This document shows, one piece after another, positions 60,943 through 64,000 of a stretch of DNA of 64,000 bases. The stretch comes from Macrostomum lignano (lineage: Eukaryota), in NCBI GenBank assembly GCA_002269645.1, contig NIVC01003827.1, positions 10,906 through 74,905 of the forward strand. The letters run 5' to 3'. A program made the position numbers and the translations under genes. The notes under the pieces were generated by a model. The model did not search any database. It was given only the letters and a program-made list of their open reading frames with translations, and was not told the DNA's origin. The number at the start of each line of letters is the position of its first letter. The first letter of the stretch is position 1.

Positions 60943-63607
60943 ATGGCCTTGGCCCAGCCAGCAGCTCCATCAACTCATCAAGCTACGAGTAGCAGTTCTC
61001 AAACAGAGGCAGCATCCAATCGAAGCTTCATCATGTCTGAACGCGCCGCAGCCAGCAACAGCCTGCAGTTGTGCGAACGCAACGAGAGCGTCATTAGCAA
61101 CGGGTCGTTTAATTCGTACGAGTTGAGCGTCGGCCCGGTCGGCACGGAGGGCTCGGGCTCGCCACTGATGCCAAGTCCCGGTGAGAGAACTTTGCAACCG
61201 TGACTGGCGGCTGAGTTGGCGTGGGAATGGACTTTGAGTCAAATTTTGCCACTTTCAGATGACACTCTTCCCTGTCTGATCATATCGCGGATGGAGGTGA
61301 AGTTGCTCTTTTATGACCTACGAGTCTGTATCTACTGGTGCTGGGTGGGAGCGCTGTTGGGGGCACTGCTAGGGGCACTGTTTTGGGGGCACTGTTCAGG
61401 GGCACTGTTCGAGGGCACTGTTTTGGGGGCATTGTTTGGGGGCACTGTTCGGGGCACTGTTCGGGGGCATTGTTCGAGGGCACTGTTCGAGGGCACTGTT
61501 CGGGGGAAACTGTTCAGGGGCACTGTTAGGGTGGAGCACTGTTCGGGGGCACTGTTAGGGGGGAGCACTGTTCGGGGGCACTGTTAGGGGGAGCACTGTT
61601 CGGGGGCACTGTTAAGGGGGAGCACTGTTCGGGGGCACTGTTAGGGGGGAGCACTGTTCGGGGGCACTGTTAGGGGGGAGCACTGTTCGGGGGCACTGTT
61701 AGGGGGGAGCACTGTTCGGGGGCACTGTTAGGGGGCACTGTTCGGGGGAAACTGTTGGGAAGTACTATTAAGTGATTCACTCAGGCTCATGCTTAATTCT
61801 GCATAATGCATAATTCTCATCCCTGACTATGCCATCTGCGAATTGGCAGAAAATTCCATTGAAGGATTTCAGCAGCGAGGTTCGCGCCAACCTGGACATC
61901 GAGCGCTTCTTGAAGGAGGCGACGCTGCTGCTGGATGTGGAGGCGGACAACGCCGAGGCCATCGTTTGTCGAATGCTGCAGGCTGTGTTCCGTGCTGAGC
62001 GACAGGCCGCATCTTCGGGCACGTCAGCTGCGGCTTCTTGCGACCCGGCGAGGACCCGGCCGAGTCCTGGGTGGACAGCCGCGTCCAGGAGGCCATGCGG
62101 GCGCTGTTTCTGCGGGTGGGATGGATGGAGTTGAGCTGTGAGTGAGGCTGGGCTAGATGAAGCTGTGAGTGAGGCTGGGCTGGATGGAGCTGTGAGTGAG
62201 GCTGGGCTAGATGGAGCTGTGAGTGAGGCTGGGCTAGATGGAGCTGTGAGTGAGGCTGGGCTAGATGAAGCTGTGGGTGAGTCTGGGCTAGATGGAGCTG
62301 AGCTGTGAGTGAGGCTGGGCAGGATGGAGCCGTGAGTGAGGCTGGGCTAGATGGAGCTGTGAGTGAGGCTGGGCTAGATGGAGCTGTGAGTGAGTCTGGG
62401 CTAGATGGAGCTGTGAGTGAGGCTGGGCTAGATGGAGCTGAGTGAGTCTGGGCTAGATGTAGCTGTGAGTGAGTCTGAGCTGGATGGAGCTGAGCTGTGA
62501 GTGAGGCTGGGCAGGATGGAGCCGTGAGTGAGGCTGAGCTGGATGAAGCTGAGCTGTGAGTGAGGCTGGGCAGGATGGAGCCGTGAGTGAGGCTGAGCTG
62601 TGAGGCTGTGCTGAGGCTGGGCTGGATGGGCTAAACTAGTTTGCCAGCTGTACAAAGAACATTACTGTACTACAAAATATTTGCATCTTGCCCGAAAGCC
62701 TGGTGAGACCTCGGGCACCTGTTGTGAATAAAAAGGCCAGGTGTTTTTCTAGCATAGTTGTTTTTTTATTTCGTCAACATCGTGGTTTTAGAGGAAGAGA
62801 GTAAATCACCATTTTTTAGTCAAGCCTTTGATCAGAGCCAGTATAAAGCTTTTGTGTCGCTCAGTGGCAGTATGCCGGATGTTCAAACAGATTTTTAAAC
62901 AAGGGCGTTTCCAGCTCTCAATCCATCTGACTGTTTCGTGGTTTTTTGTTTTATTTTAGTGCTCAAAGTTTTTTGTAATTTCTATTCTAGTACATAATTA
63001 GAATATGAATTACTAGTTATGTTAAGATCGGTTTGGGATCAGATGGTGCCGGGGCTGGGAGTGAGGTGGGTGTCGGGGACTGGTAGTGAGGTGGGTGTCG
63101 GGCTGGGAGTGAGGTGGGTGTCGGGACTGGTGAGTGAGGTGGGTGTCGGGGCTGGGAGTGAGGTGGGTGTTGGGGCTGGGAGTGAGGTGGTGTCGGGGCT
63201 GGGAAGTGAGGTGGGTGTCATGGCTGGGAGTGAGGTGGTGTCTGGGCTGGGAGTGAGGTGAGTGTCTGGGCTGGGAGTGAGGTGGGTGTTGGGGCTGGAA
63301 TGAGGTGGGTGTCTGGCTGGGAGTGAGGTGTGGGTGTCGGGGCTGGGATTGAGAGGTGGGTGTCGTGTCTGGGAGTGAGGTGGGTGTCGGAGCTGGGAGT
63401 GAGGTGTGTCGGGACTGATACTGAGGTGGGTGTCGTAGAACTTGGTGAGTTGGGCCTCGAAGTCCGAAAGGCGTCAAATTATAATAATCCATCCTTATCT
63501 CTCTACTGATTTATCATTGCAGACCAGCGCTTGGCCAAGACGATCAGAAGTGTATCAATTCTTGATAACGACGGCTTAAAGACTGATAACAGCTGGCTGT
63601 GCACCAT
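60943..63607 (+). CDS. SLC4A11: 5' part of an SLC4A11/BTR1-like SLC4 transporter gene (incomplete; apparent frameshift in exon 3)
   Basis: Exons 60943-61180 (phase 1), 61259-61296 (DDTLPCLIISRME, phase 0), 61850-62137 (KIPLKDFSSEVRANLDIERFLKEATLLLD..; ends QEAMRALFLRVGWMELS in another frame, phase 1), 63523-63607 (QRLAKTIRSV..SWLCT). The KDF..EVRA..D...FL and TI..V..SWLC motifs resemble the SLC4A11 N-terminal domain as recalled; needs BLAST. Confidence 0.75.
61345..61760. repeat. 13-bp repeat GGGGCACTGTTCG evolving into a composite of about 28 bp, intronic
   Basis: Direct reading. Confidence 0.93.
62117..62630. repeat. 27-bp minisatellite GAGCTGTGAGTGAGGCTGGGCTAGATG overlapping the SLC4A11-like exon 3 donor
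   Basis: agc at 62161 and 62188 gives period 27; the first GTGAGT (62138) is the phase-compatible donor. Confidence 0.93.
63050..63435. repeat. About 24-bp G-rich repeat GGGAGTGAGGTGGGTGTCGGGGCT, intronic
   Basis: About 16 imperfect copies. Confidence 0.92.
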
Positions 63608-64000
63608 GTGAGCTCGTGGAAGAGTCTTTTAGAGCATTTAAAAAGACTCAACAAGATAGAAAAATACTCGATTTCCAAAATCTCTAGTAGAAGAAAATTC
63701 GATAGTCTTCTTTATCTAAGGAAAATAATGAATCTGAAAAGAAGTCAAAGGTTTGCGTGACATTAAGCAGAATAAAATTAGTCACGGATTCAACCGATCT
63801 GGGCAATAATTTGAGCAGGATATTACATTTCATCCAGTGAGGCACCGTCCCACCGCAGTCTGTGCCTCGATAGGAAAATAGCAACAGTGCCATTTGATAT
63901 CTGAAGTCCCACGGCAGTGGATTAGGAATCTTGCTTTTAATCTTCAGTGTGGTATTAAAGATTCACCGGAAGCCTTGCATCTAGAATTTCAATTGCTAAA

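Overview
Eukaryotic, spliced animal DNA, not prokaryotic. About 45% (roughly 29 kb by hand tally) is micro/minisatellite arrays of 4-69 bp, interspersed with GC-rich exons. That architecture suggests a free-living flatworm such as Macrostomum (inference only). Genes reconstructed by hand with GT-AG introns and consistent phases: (1) an intronless class A GPCR; (2) an inverted head-to-head pair of secreted PAN/apple + fibrinogen-domain genes, near-identical in the middle but divergent at the N-terminus and the C-terminal 66 aa; (3) a dipeptidyl peptidase (S9B) with 16 shared coding exons, a DPP6/DPP10-type membrane anchor, an intact catalytic triad and four candidate alternative first exons over 20 kb; (4) a small single-pass membrane ORF with a PDZ-binding tail; (5) the 5' part of an SLC4A11-like transporter with an apparent frameshift. 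There are also tRNA-derived SINEs. The most unusual pattern is that several minisatellites are tandem copies of a functional boundary: splice donors, a splice acceptor, and a Pol III A-box amplified about 110 times in front of a SINE B-box. Most long ORFs in the supplied track are repeat artefacts. No CRISPR arrays, rRNA or intact tRNA genes were found.
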